A DNA stretch of 63,306 nucleotides, filler included, from Pirum gemmata (taxonomy: Eukaryota), in assembly GCA_002812295.1 (NCBI GenBank). It is 24 parts of 24 records of this genome, joined end to end, with 100 filler letters (N's around TTAATTAATTAA, not from the genome) between each part and the next. Parts side by side here need not be neighbours in the genome. Positions count along the whole stretch, not along the records: positions 47,867 to 50,319 come from PDIN01005968.1; positions 50,420 to 52,923 come from PDIN01005969.1; positions 53,024 to 55,508 come from PDIN01005970.1; positions 55,609 to 58,099 come from PDIN01005971.1; positions 58,200 to 60,687 come from PDIN01005972.1; positions 60,788 to 63,306 come from PDIN01005973.1; 18 more parts are not named here. The stretch is one strand, 5' to 3'. Under the pieces are notes generated by a model. That model had not been told where the DNA came from, made no database searches, and saw only the letters and a list, made by a program, of their open reading frames with translations. Position numbers and translations under genes: made by a program. How positions within the stretch are numbered: position 1 is the first letter of the stretch; each line of letters starts with the position of its first letter. Below are positions 50,284 to 63,306 of this stretch, in pieces.

Positions 50284-53200
50284 TATAAACCACAACCACA
50301 ACCACAACCACAACCACAANNNNNNNNNNNNNNNNNNNNNNNNNNNNNNNNNNNNNNNNNNNNTTAATTAATTAANNNNNNNNNNNNNNNNNNNNNNNNN
50401 NNNNNNNNNNNNNNNNNNNATAATAATAATAATAATAATAATAATACCCAAAAATAACAAATAAACATCAACAAGCACAGAATAAACAACAAAAAAACAA
50501 ATAAAGAACAACAAACATACAAGAAAAAACAAACGGCAAACAACAAACAATACATAAAACATAAACAATAAACAACAACAACAACAACAACAACAAAACA
50601 TCAATAAACACAACTTACTGTTATTGACTTTTTATTATCTTTTCCATTGTTACGAAACCGTAAACCACACGTTAAACCAAAATCAAGATTAGACATGTTT
50701 AGTTAAAACTGATACTAATTATTAATAAAGAGATAAATGAAAAGTATGATAAAATAAATGTTAAAGGTAATATAAACAATAATATGAATGAATATTAAAA
50801 AAAAAAAATAATAACTAATATCAATTAACTAATAATAACTAATAATTAATAAACATAAATAAATGATAAATGATAAATGATAAATGATAAGTAAAAAATT
50901 AAAATTAACAAAAATTTAATAAATCAGTAGATTTATAAGGAAAATCAGTAGATTTATAAGTATGTATAGCGTATAACAAAATATCAATATATCATAACAA
51001 ATAAATAAATATACGTACAACTTAAAAATATATTATTTTATTATTATTTTATTTTTTTCTGTATTATATTATCATAAATATTATCATAATATTATTATCA
51101 TAATAATAATAATAAAAAAATTATTTAGATAAAAAATGTAGCCACGCGATTTTTTTTTACGAATTTTGTAATGACGTCAAATGATGTTAATGACGTCAAA
51201 TGATTCTAATGACGTATTTAAAAACTGGTCATTTCATGGAGTTAAAAAAATATATATTTAATAACATGACTTTTAAATTCCAAAATATGACTTAAATACT
51301 TTAGGGCAATATTTAAAAGTAATAAAAAAAGTTAAAAATGTGAGACTAAAACTATTTTGGGCAGAAAAGAAAGGTGTAGTAAGTGAACTCGAATGAAATG
51401 TTCTTTTTAAAAACATCGAACAAAGTTTTTGGCAATAATTAATTAAGTTCGATCGATTTTTTTTTTAACACCTTACGTAGAATATAATTTTTAAATATGG
51501 TATAATAAACTCTAAAAAAGGTAATAAAAAAGGAATTGTTCAAATTTGAATAATAGTATTTACCTAATAAAGATTAACAAATCAAAAGTAAAATAATAAT
51601 GGAATAATAATGGTTTTTAATAATAATAACTATAGTGCTTTTCATTTGTTTTTTCATCATAAAATATACAATAAATAGTACCGAATTAATACAACATACA
51701 TCCATTTAATTTAATTTGGTATATTTTATTATCTATATATTGATTTAAAAATGTCAATTTTAAGATTATAACCCTCCAAATAGATGAAATGGTTGATAAT
51801 AACTATTGGATAATTAAAACTCTGAGGATTAAAACAGTATTAAAAAAAAAAACTTTTCAGCTATTTTGTCGTCAGAAAATATACAATAAATAGTACCAAA
51901 TTAATACAATACAAATCCATTTCATTTAATTTGGTATGTTTTATTATCTATATNAAAGTGTCAATTTAAATATTATAACCCTCCAAATAAATATTTAGAG
52001 TGACAAAATAAATGAAAAGTATTAATATTATAATATTATAATAATATAATAGTAATAGTAATAGTACTACTAGAGTAATAGTAATAGTGATAGTAATAAT
52101 TGTAATAGAAAACTAGTAATAGTAATAGTATTAATAATAGTAATATTAATATTAATAATAATAATAATAAAATAATTTATTATAATATTATAATTATAAC
52201 AATTTTTTTTAATTAAAAGATAACAATATTAATTAATAGTAAAATTTTGTTGGGTTGTTTTTAGTATTATTAATACACAAACAAATTATAATGTTTTTAA
52301 TTAATTAATATATTATATTATAAATAATTATAATTATTTGTTTTATTTGTTTAATTAACTAGTACTATTGTTTTATATTAATAAATAAATATTGTTTATA
52401 TAAAATATTTATTTTTGCTGATTATATTTTTTATGCACATATGTTTTTGGTTTGCTGTTTGTTGTGCACAATGTCATATATATTGTTTATTGTTTGTGGT
52501 TTGTGGTTTGTGGTTTGTTATTAATCGTAAATATTGTTATTTAATTTGTTGTTTGTTTGTTGTTTGTTGTTTGTTGTTTGTTGTTTGTTGTTTAATTTGT
52601 TGTTTGTTGTTTATTGTTTGTTGTTGTTGTACATGTTTGTTGTTTGTTGTTTGTTTGTTGTTGTTTGTTTGTTGTTTAAATTTGTAATTGCTGTTTTTTT
52701 TAATAAAATAAAATAAGTATGCTTTGCTGTTTGTTTTTTATTTATTAGGTGGTTTTATCACCCTAATCCTAATCCTAACTCAAATGGTAACCCTAACCTT
52801 ACAATTTTATAACCTTAACCTTATGGCTATAATTATAACCTAACGCCTAACCTTAACCTTAACCTTAATCTTAACCTTAACCTTAACCTTAACCTTAACC
52901 TTAATCTTAACCTTAACCTTAACNNNNNNNNNNNNNNNNNNNNNNNNNNNNNNNNNNNNNNNNNNNNTTAATTAATTAANNNNNNNNNNNNNNNNNNNNN
53001 NNNNNNNNNNNNNNNNNNNNNNNTTATTATTATTATTATTAATATCAAGAAAAAAATTCAAGTTACTGAGATTGACGTCATTGCATTGTTCCTCTCAGTC
53101 TGATGAAACTAACAGTGTAAATAGTAAACCAAATTGGAAGGGGTCAGTCAAAGCACAAGCTTTCATGTATATAAGTGGTTTTGTACAAGATAATATATTT

Positions 53201-53496
53201 ATAATATATAGTGCTTTTCAGTTGTTTTGTCATCTATTAATTTAGTATATTTTATCTGTATATTTTATTATCTATGTATTGATTTAAAAATGTCAACCCT
53301 CCAAATAAATATTCGGAGTGACAAAATAAATGAAAGGCACGATATACACCAAAGACCCCCGGGAAAAAGAAAGTTTTTTCATCGAGTCTTTGTAGACTAT
53401 ACATTTTGTACACACACAAAAATGAGATCATTTGCAGATTTCCAAGTTCCTATTTTTTTTTTCTTATATGATTATCATAGCCACAATAATTACAAC

Positions 53497-53646
53497 CTGT
53501 AACTGGCGTCCGAGATGTAGACACTTGTAAGTCATCAACATTAGTGATATTAGGTGCCAATAGTGGACATGTTCCACAACACTTCCACAGACACTTGGCA
53601 ATATACTACTCAGTGTGGCAAACTTTCGAATGCTCCAGGTTTTCAA
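53497..53646 (-). pseudogene. Isolated exon-like segment with a Cys cluster (ShK/PLAC-like) and an in-frame stop
   Basis: Bounded by AG and GT. Reads ENLEHSKVCHTE*YIAKCLWKCCGTCPLL... Confidence 0.3.
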
Positions 53647-55658
53647 CTACAACTATAACAACTATAACAACTAAAATACAAAAAACAATATGTATTTTTG
53701 AACACATAATGTGAACTCCAAGGTTTACTTTAAAATTTATATTATAATTTATGATCAGTAATTACAAGAGTATCCTTTAATATGAACGTATATTTTACAA
53801 TATACCTTTCAAAACTGTACCCTTAATTAATAAACCACTTTTTAACTATCGATAAGTAGCTACATGTAATAGTATGTAATTAATTAACATAGGCTATCAT
53901 ATTATTTTCTAAAAGAAAAGATTTAGAAAAAAAAAAAAAAAAAATACTGTAGCTAACAATGGTGAAGACTAAAAGTAATAAAAAAAAAAAAAAACATGCC
54001 CAAATAATCAAGTATGTAATTATCAATAACTATATCATACATAATAATAAGGAAAGGGAGCTATATTTTACAATATACCTTTCAAAACTGTAAACCACAT
54101 TTTAATTAACTATCAATAAGTAGCTATGATACATGTAATAGTATAGGCTATTATTTTCTAAAAGAAAAGATTTAGAAAAAAAAAAAAAAAAAAAATTAAA
54201 AAAAAAAAAAAAAAAAAATACTGTAGCTAACAATGGTGAAGACTGACAGTGATACAAAAAAGAGAAAACATGCCCAAATAACCAAGTATGTAATTATTAA
54301 TAACTATATCATACATAATAATAAGGAAAGGGAGCTCTATTGTGTTTTCAATAGTTTTGTCCAATTCAAAAACTGAAACAAAAACGTACCAAAGTAAATC
54401 TATCGGACATATTTTAATTTTAATTTGGTATTTCATAATTTATGTTGTATGTTATAAACAAGTTCAACTATACACTTAAACAGTACCAAATAAAAGATTG
54501 AGAGGAAAACTGCAATGATTTAAAAATAGACGATAGTTCAAAACAGTAATAATAGCAAAATAAAAAGACAGTGACAAACGTCACCGAAAATAGATAGACA
54601 AAACGAGACACAAAAGATTCCTACTATCAAAGCACAAAGGAGTACAAAAGATAAAAAATGATCTCCAAACAACCAAGCAATGAAGACGAAAAATGTACCT
54701 AAACCACTTCTAAACCTAGCATTTAGTATTAGTACTAATGATATAATATTATATATATTCAAACTATACAACCATAAGTTCAAATCAATTGAGTTTTAAT
54801 TAAGGATAATCAATAAATTCATTTTTTTAATTTTTTAACTCTACTCTAATATAATTGATATAATTATAATATATAGGTTGACAGTTAATAATTTGATACA
54901 GTTTAACAACAACAACTCAGTGCTCGGGTCCAGGAGTGTCCAGAGTTCTATGATATATCTACACATATTATATGATATCGACCTCTCCTATAGGCTCCTC
55001 TATCTACTCCTCTAGATGTGAAGAATATCCATCATAGACCTCTAGCTAGTACTTATATGATAGCAGTAGGGAAGACTAAGTAACTAGGACTAAGTAACTA
55101 CTATTAAAGAGAGGACTTACTAATTATAATAAGTAAAGAATATCAAATCAGACCAATAAAATATGGAAGTTATTAATTAATAGACTATTATTTTAAAATG
55201 GGGCAATATTTATTATAGTATTTTTATAATTACCAAGTCTTGGCGAGGGCAAAGTGATCCAAATTAATACCATGTGCGCAATGCATTTGGAAATAATAGT
55301 AAATTTAGAAACAGCGCACCCATTAAGGTTTAGGTTATTACTTTTTACACCATTTTTGGGAAATACTACTTTAAAGTCTACATATTTGGCAAATAACTCC
55401 TTTTTTATATAAATACGCACCAATAAAGGTTTGGACGAATTATAGGGACGAATTATCACCTATCAGTGAATCCACTCAGTAGTGGACTGAGAAAAAAAAA
55501 AAAAAAAANNNNNNNNNNNNNNNNNNNNNNNNNNNNNNNNNNNNNNNNNNNNTTAATTAATTAANNNNNNNNNNNNNNNNNNNNNNNNNNNNNNNNNNNN
55601 NNNNNNNNCCTAACCCTAACCCTAACCCTAACCCCCAACCCTAACCCCTAATTTTTAG

Positions 55659-57797
55659 GAATCCTTGAAAAGACTTGAAGAAAAACAAAATGATCTTAAC
55701 TTTAAAATTAGTCAAAGCTGTAAAGAAATTAAATCAGCCTCTTATGACAAAGCATCGCACAATGCTAAAGTACATCAAACTGCAGAATCTGGAATTGTAC
55801 AAAATTTAACTTACACATTTCCTGAATTTCCTAGAAAGTAAACAATTGCTTTTGTTTGTCTATTATTATTGTTTGTTATTATTATTGTTTGTTGTGTTTT
55901 ATTGTTATTATTGCTTTATTGTTGTTATTGCTTTATTGTTGTGGTGTTTGTTGGTATTATTTGTTGGTATTGTGTGTTGTTATTGTGTGTTGTTATTGTG
56001 TGTTATTATTTGTTTGTTGTTGTTGTTGTTGTTGCTGGCCTATTTCTGTTGGTATTGTTTGTTGTTATTGTGTGTTGTTATGGTAAACAATTGCTTTTGT
56101 TTGTCTATTATTATTGTTTGTTATTATTATTGTTTGTTGTTATTGTTTTATTGTTATATTGTTTTATTGTTGTTATTGTTTTATTGTTGTGGTATTTGTT
56201 GGTATTGTTTATTGTTATTGTGTGTTGTTATCGTTTGTTATTATTGTTTGTTGTTGTTGTTGTTGTTGTTGTTGGGCTATTTCCGTTTGTTTTTCTATTA
56301 TTATTGTTTTGTATTATTGTTTTATTGCTATTATTGTTTAATGTTATTTTTGTTTTATTGTTATTATTGTTTTATTGTTATTATTATTATTTGTTGTATT
56401 TTTTGTTGTTATTTTTTGTTGATATTGTTTGTTGTGTTATTGTTTGTTTTTTGCTGTTGTTATTGTTGTTGTTGCTGACTTATTTCCTGAATTTCCTAGA
56501 AAGTAAACATTTGCCTTGTTTGTCTATTATTATTGTTTGTCTTTTATTATTACTTATTATTATTATTGTTTGTTTTTATTGTTTTATTGTTGTTGTTGTT
56601 TTATTGTTGTTGTTTTATTGTTGTTGGTATTGTGTGTTGGTATTGTGTGTTGGTATTGTGTGTTGGTATTGTGTGTTGGTATTGTGTGTTGGTATTGTGT
56701 GTTGTAATTGTATGTTGTTATTGTTTGTAATTGTTTGTTTGTTTTCTGTTGTTGTTGTTGTTGTTGTTGCTGACCTATTCCCTGAATTTCTTAGAAAGTA
56801 AATAATTGCTTTTGTTTGTCTATTATTATTTGTTATTATTATTGTTTGTTATTGTTTTATTGTTATTATTGTATTATTATTGTTGTTATTGTTTGTTGTA
56901 GTATTTGTTGTTATTATTTGTTGTTATTGTGTGTTGTTATTGTTTGTTATTGTTTGTTTGCTGTTGTTGTTGCTGTTGTTGCTGGCCTATTTCCTAAATT
57001 TACTAGAAAGTAAACAATGCTTTTGTTTGTCTATTATTATTGTTTGTTATTATTATTGTTTGTTGTTGTTGTTTTATTGTTATTATTGTTTTATTGTTGT
57101 TATTATTGTTTGTTTTATTATTTGGTGTTATTATTGGTTGGTATTGTTTGTTGTTATTGTGTGCTATTATTGTTTGTTATTGTTTGTTTGGTGTTGCTGT
57201 TGTTTGTTTGTTGTTGTTGTTGTTGTTTCCATTTGTTGTTGTTGCTGACCTATTTCCTTAACTGCCTAGAAAGTAAACAATTCCTCTTGTTTGTCTGTTA
57301 TTGTTGTTTGTTATTATTATTGCTTGTTGTTATTGTTTTGTTTTTATTGTTTTAGTGTTGTTATTATTGTTTGCTGTCGTATTTGGTTTTATTATTTGTT
57401 GGTATTGTTTGTTGTTGTTGTTGTTGCTATTTGTTGTTGTTATTGCTCTTTGTTGTTGTTGTTGTTGCTCTTTGTTGTTATTGTTGCTCTATGCTGTTGC
57501 TGTTGCTATTTGTTGTTGTTGCTGTGTTTTGTTGTTGTTTATCGTTGTTTATCGTTGTTGTTTATCGTTGTTGTTTATTGTTGTTTGTTTATTGTTGTTT
57601 GTTTATTATTGTTATTGTTTGGTGTTGTTGTTTGTTGTTACTTGTTGTTGTTGTTGTTTTTTGTTGTTGGTCATGTCTGTTGTTGGTGTTTTTCTTATCT
57701 TTTTACTTTTTGGTAGAATTGAACTGCTTCTGAAGAACAAGTCTAACTCGAAACAAGGTGTTAGTAAAAAACAGGAAGCGGAAAGAGCTCTTGAAAA
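55659..57797 (+). CDS. Two internal exons of an unknown protein (55659-55837, 57717-57797)
   Basis: Canonical AG/GT ends with a compatible phase-2 junction: ESLKRLEEKQNDLNFK...TYTFPEFPRK|IELLLKNKSNSKQGVSKKQEAERALEK. Confidence 0.7.
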
Positions 57798-59446
57798 GTT
57801 AGTATTTTTATTTAGGGTTAGGGTTAAGATTAGGGTTAGAGTTAGCTTTAGCTTTGGCCTAATGAATATTAAACATTAAATATTAAATAATAAATAATAA
57901 TAATAAATTATAAATAATAAATAATGAACAATAAATAATGAACAATAATTAATAAATAATAAACAGTAATAATAAATAATAAATAATAAATAATAAATAA
58001 CAAATAATAATAAATAATAAATAACAAATGATAAATAATAAATAATAAATAATAATAATAATCATAATAATATTAATATTAACAATAATATAATAATAAN
58101 NNNNNNNNNNNNNNNNNNNNNNNNNNNNNNNNNNNNNNNNNNNTTAATTAATTAANNNNNNNNNNNNNNNNNNNNNNNNNNNNNNNNNNNNNNNNNNNNA
58201 ATAATAATAATAATAATCTATTTTATTACTTTTATTTTATTTTAATCAATTTATTATTTTGAATAACCATAATTTGTAGTGAACAAATTAAAACAACGTA
58301 GATTAAATAAAAAAATTATAATGTAGAGACTCGTTCAGTAACCGTTTTTCATGATGTAGTAGTCTATTGCGATATATTTTTTGACTACTTTGGTTATCAT
58401 AATTTTAAATAATAGATTATACTAACATTTGTAATAGTAATAATAATAACAATAAATAATCATAATAATAATAGTAATAATTAAAGTAATATTAAAATTT
58501 ACTTTGGTTTATAAGTTTTTAAAATAGCATTTTGAAAGTGAAAAGTTGTGTGGTGTAGGGTTAGGGTAAGGGTAAGGGTTAAGGTTAGGGTTAGGATTGA
58601 TTAGGGTTACGGTTACAGTTACAGTTGCAGTTACGGTTACGGTTACAGTTACAGTTACAGTTACAGTTACAGTTAGAGTTACGGTTACGGTGGTTACGGT
58701 TATGGTTATGATTAAGATTATAGTTATGAATACGGTTATGGTTGTTGTTATGGTTATGGTTGTTACCGTTACCGTTACCGTTACGGTTATGATTATGATT
58801 ACGGTTACGGTTACGGTCATGGTAAGGGTTACGGGTTTTATTGATATTACAGTTAAAGTTATCATAAAGGCTTTATGGTTTAAAGTAGGGCTTGTTTGAT
58901 TCAGAGCACTGAACTTTGATCTCGAGGAGCTTTGATGCCAGAGAGATGCGTGGCATATAGTCACATGGCAAGTGGGAAGACTAGTTTTATCAATATTTTT
59001 TTGACAAAAAGTCCTGTTTTCTTTATTAAAGGGATGAGCAGTAGTTACAGTTACATAGTTAATTGTAATTTTAATTTGTTGATTTGTTTCATAAAAATTC
59101 TTTGGCCTAAGTTAATAATTTGATTGTCGATCTGTTTTAACTTGTTGTACTTTTCACAATAATACATATTTATCATAATGGTATTGATATATAGTCTATG
59201 ATTACTGACTACTAGTAGTCTACTAGTTAGTGGCTACAGACTGCTACAGTATATTGCTATATACACAGGAGTCTAGTATCATTCATATTATTAGTCAAAA
59301 GAAAAAATAGCATCATGTATAAGAGTTGTATAAGTCATATACCGGTATCCAAATAATCCAAGGACTTCAAAGTTCAAAATGAAATTTGAAGTCCTTCGTA
59401 ATAATAGTTGGTATATCGTAAAAAACAAGATTTTTTAAAAAAAAAC

Positions 59447-59501
<55 letters not shown>

Positions 59502-60369
59502 CACTGTGCAAGTCTAGTAGCTAGTAGTAGTCTAGCTAGCTAGTGAGGTCTAGCTAGTGAACAGTAAAAAAACCTAAAAAAACAGTAGACTATCGTATCC
59601 TCTAGATCGTATCCTGATCGTATCAGTCATGTTTTAATTAATTTTATAAAAAAGCTCAATTTTACACTTAAACAGTACCAAATTAAATACCTAGCTAGAG
59701 TCTATGATACAGTCTATCAATAGATGATATTTATTTATTTTAACATCATACTTTAGTCTTTATCATACTTTTATCATTTAAAATATCTTCTCACTATTTT
59801 AGACTAGACTAATAAGTTTATGATTTAACTTTTAATAATATAATGCTAGCTCTAGCTAGGTGCTGTAGTCTGTAGACTAGTTACTATTACTATTACTATT
59901 ACTATTACTATTACTATTACTATTACTATTACTATTACTATTACTATTACTATTACTATATTACTATTACTATTACTATTACTATTACTNCTATCATATT
60001 ACTATTACTATTACTATTATCTGATACTATTACTATTACTATACTAGCTAGCTAGCTGCTGTAGTCTGTAGACTATTAATTAATACTACTAGTTACTATT
60101 GCTATTAATATTACTATTACTATTACTATTACTATTACTATTACTATTACTATTACTATTACTATTACTATTGCTATTACTATTACTATTACTATTACGT
60201 ATACTGTTACTATTTATATTACTATTACTATTACTATTACTATTACTATTACTATTAATATTACTATTACTATTACTATTACTATTACTATTACTATTAC
60301 TATTACTATTACTATTACAGTTATTGTTTGTTGTTACCATTACCATTACCATTTCCCCCCGTTATTGTT

Positions 60370-60417
<48 letters not shown>

Positions 60418-60848
60418 ATCATCTTTTGATCTTAGCTTTTAGTTAGAGCTAGCTAGCTAGCTAGAGTAGACTGTAGACAGTATCAATAGACTCTACTTCT
60501 AGCCTAGCTAGCTAGCTAGATAGAGACCCTCCCTACCTATGATACTAGCTAGCTAGCTAGTAACTAGAGCTAGCAAACTCTGCCGGTTCAGTCTGCCGGT
60601 TCAATGGCTTTTTTTTTTCAGTTTTTTTGGTTTATCACGTGACTTTCTTTGATTTTTTTCCTTTTTTTACTTTTTTTTTTTTTTTTTNNNNNNNNNNNNN
60701 NNNNNNNNNNNNNNNNNNNNNNNNNNNNNNNTTAATTAATTAANNNNNNNNNNNNNNNNNNNNNNNNNNNNNNNNNNNNNNNNNNNNCCCACGAAACCCA
60801 CAACAACCTACAGCAGACACAACAACCCACGAAACCCCACAACAACCC

Positions 60849-60902
<54 letters not shown>

Positions 60903-62161
60903 GCAACGACAACGGCAACAACAACAACAACCCACAATACAGCAAACCACAACAGGACACAATAACAACAACAACGACAACAACAACGACAACAACAACG
61001 ACAACAACAACAGCAACAACAACAACAACAACAACAACTACTACTACTACTACTACTACAACAACAACAACAACAACAACAACGGCAACGACAACGGCAA
61101 CAACAACGGCAACAACAACAACAGCCCACAACACAACAAAACACAACAGGACACAATAACAACAACAACGACAACAACAACAGCAGCAACGGTAACAATA
61201 ACAACAATATAACAACATTAATTAACAATACCAAAAGCAACACCAATACCGAACCATAACCACAATAATATAATTTTACAACAATAATAACAGGCAATAA
61301 ATAGAGTGTTGCAATTGCTATACTAATAACACACACACACACACACATTTGAAACACAGAAAACACACATACACACACACACATAGTTGTAAACAACACT
61401 CGCCTAATACACTATAAATATAATAATGCGCTCTGCAGATGGTGGGTAAAATAAAAAAATAGAAAAGTAATTTTGTAAAAGTTCAAATGGGAACGTAAGA
61501 AAAAAACGCAAAAAATAATTTAAAATAAAACATAACTTGCTCTTGTAAATTTTCTTGTTTCAGAACATTATTTTCGGTTTGGCAATTTTTTTATTTTGTT
61601 TTTGTAAAGAATTTCGAACGTTGGCGATTTTCAAAAATGTTGTGAAGGACTTAAAAACCAACAACTGAAAACTTAGAAAACTGCCAAACCGAAAACAATG
61701 TTCTGGAACAACTAAAGAAAAAATGAGGCAAATTTCGAACGTTGGTGATTTTCAAAAATGTGAAAGACTTTTAAAAACAACAACAACAACTCAAAACTTA
61801 AAAAATATAAAAACAAAATAAAAAATTTGCCAAACCGAAAACAGAAAAAGTTAGCAAATTGTACAAAGAACCATCGCAAACTCATCGCAAGTACTCGCTT
61901 TCATTGAAAAATTATATATATATATATTAATAGAAGAGGATGTATTAATAGGTTGACGATTTACAAGACATCCAGCTGATTTTGAATTAAATTTAAATTT
62001 CTATTATTATATTAATACAGATTTTACACTTTTAAAATCAACCCTGATTATTATTTTTGAAACGTTATCTTCTCCCCTCTCCCCTCCGTGGCCTAATTTT
62101 CCTTTTCTGACAACATCGTTTCCACTACAAATAGCACTGGCGACTAAAACCGCTGGTGTAA

Positions 62162-62467
62162 GAAGAGCATTCAAATACTATCGTGCTTTTCAGTTATTTT
62201 GTCGTCATAAAATATACAATAAATAGTACCAAATTAATGCAATACAAATCCATTTAATTTAATTTGGTATATTTTATTATTTATTTATTGATTTAAAAAT
62301 GTCAATTTAAATATTATAAACAACCAAACAAATATTCGGAGTGACAAAATAAATGAAAAGCACGATACGTAACGCCAATTCTACCTACCCCTCGACGTTA
62401 AAATTTCCGGTCAAATACCACCTACCTGTCTACCCCTTGACGTGACGTATTATTCGAACGCTTCCTA
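62162..62467. mobile_element. Family C MITE with a complete family A MITE (62181-62365) nested at a duplicated TA
   Basis: caaatac TA [family A] TA cgtaacgcc, compared with the empty site caaatac TA cgtaacgcc at about 36155. Confidence 0.9.
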
Positions 62468-63306
62468 ACCACGAACTGATCAGGTCATTTATATATATTA
62501 CTTTAATTTTCATTTGTTTTGTAATAATGTATACAAATATATAAAATACCAAAATAAATAATATATAACTTTGATGTAATTTAAATAATTTGGGTTGTTT
62601 TATTATTATTATTTAGTTTTAAACTAATCACATTTATAATTATGTTCTGAAGTACCAAATAAATATTAATAATCAAATCGAGAATAAAAATATAGTGTCG
62701 GTGTTTTCTACGTTTTTTATGATATATGGTATATAGTATATAGTTTCAGTTGTTTTGTCATCCTAAAATAAACAATAAATAGTACCAAATTAATACAATA
62801 TAAATCCATTTAATTTAATCTGGTATATTTTATTATCTATGTATTGGTTTAAAAATGTCAATTTAAATATTATAACCCTCCGAATAAATATTCATAGTGA
62901 CAAAATAAATAAAAAGCACGATGCAAGAATAATAAGAAATGAGCGATTTTTTCCGAGGGTTAGTTTTTACTCCCACTTGAAAGCCAGTATCTGTTGTCAC
63001 ATATACTTCAACCTATACCTAAAACCCCAAACCCATATATTATTATCATCTATTCCATTACAGTTGTCCTCTCAATCTTCAAGTTGGTACCGTTTACGGA
63101 TATAATTGAACTTGTTTATAAAATACAACATTAAGTATAAAATACCAAATTAATTAAAAAAATGTCTAATAGTTTAACCATAATAATAATTCGGTACGTT
63201 TATTTCAGTTTTTGAACTGGACAACACAAACACACACAAACACACACAAACACACACACAAACACACACACACCATCATCACTCACCACCTTCTCCGCCT
63301 CCACCA

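Noticed and set aside
51165..51215. Clustered TGACGTCA (CRE-like) motifs
   Set aside because: No linked gene start is visible, and the same motif occurs within MITEs.

Overview
This is not a contiguous locus. It is about 24 unplaced contigs, mostly about 2.5 kb, joined by an artificial 100-nt spacer (N44-TTAATTAATTAA-N44), so adjacency across spacers means nothing. The DNA comes from an AT-rich, intron-rich, microsatellite-rich eukaryote with TTAGGG repeats, probably a protist; the taxon cannot be determined. Recognisable host gene pieces are ACADS (4 exons), a 3-ketoacyl-CoA reductase first exon, an AzgA-type purine permease, INTS2, a 7TM protein, an RGS protein, a GPI-type TSP1-like protein, a secreted orphan, a kinase-RBR pseudogene and a trefoil+MACPF protein. 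Mobile DNA is abundant: scrambled Ty1/copia and Ty3/gypsy remnants, a MULE transposase fragment and at least 8 MITE-like families. Four observations stand out. (1) Decayed fragments resemble giant-virus (Nucleocytoviricota) genes: an RNA polymerase largest subunit joined to an NRPS adenylation fragment, and VLTF3-like plus FEN1-like pieces on another contig. (2) One gene combines tandem trefoil domains with a MACPF domain. (3) Internal comparisons suggest the abundant TAGTCTA/TAGACTA motifs are transposon excision footprints. (4) Some introns are built from tandem copies of their own splice junction. All protein calls come from motif recognition by eye, not database searches.
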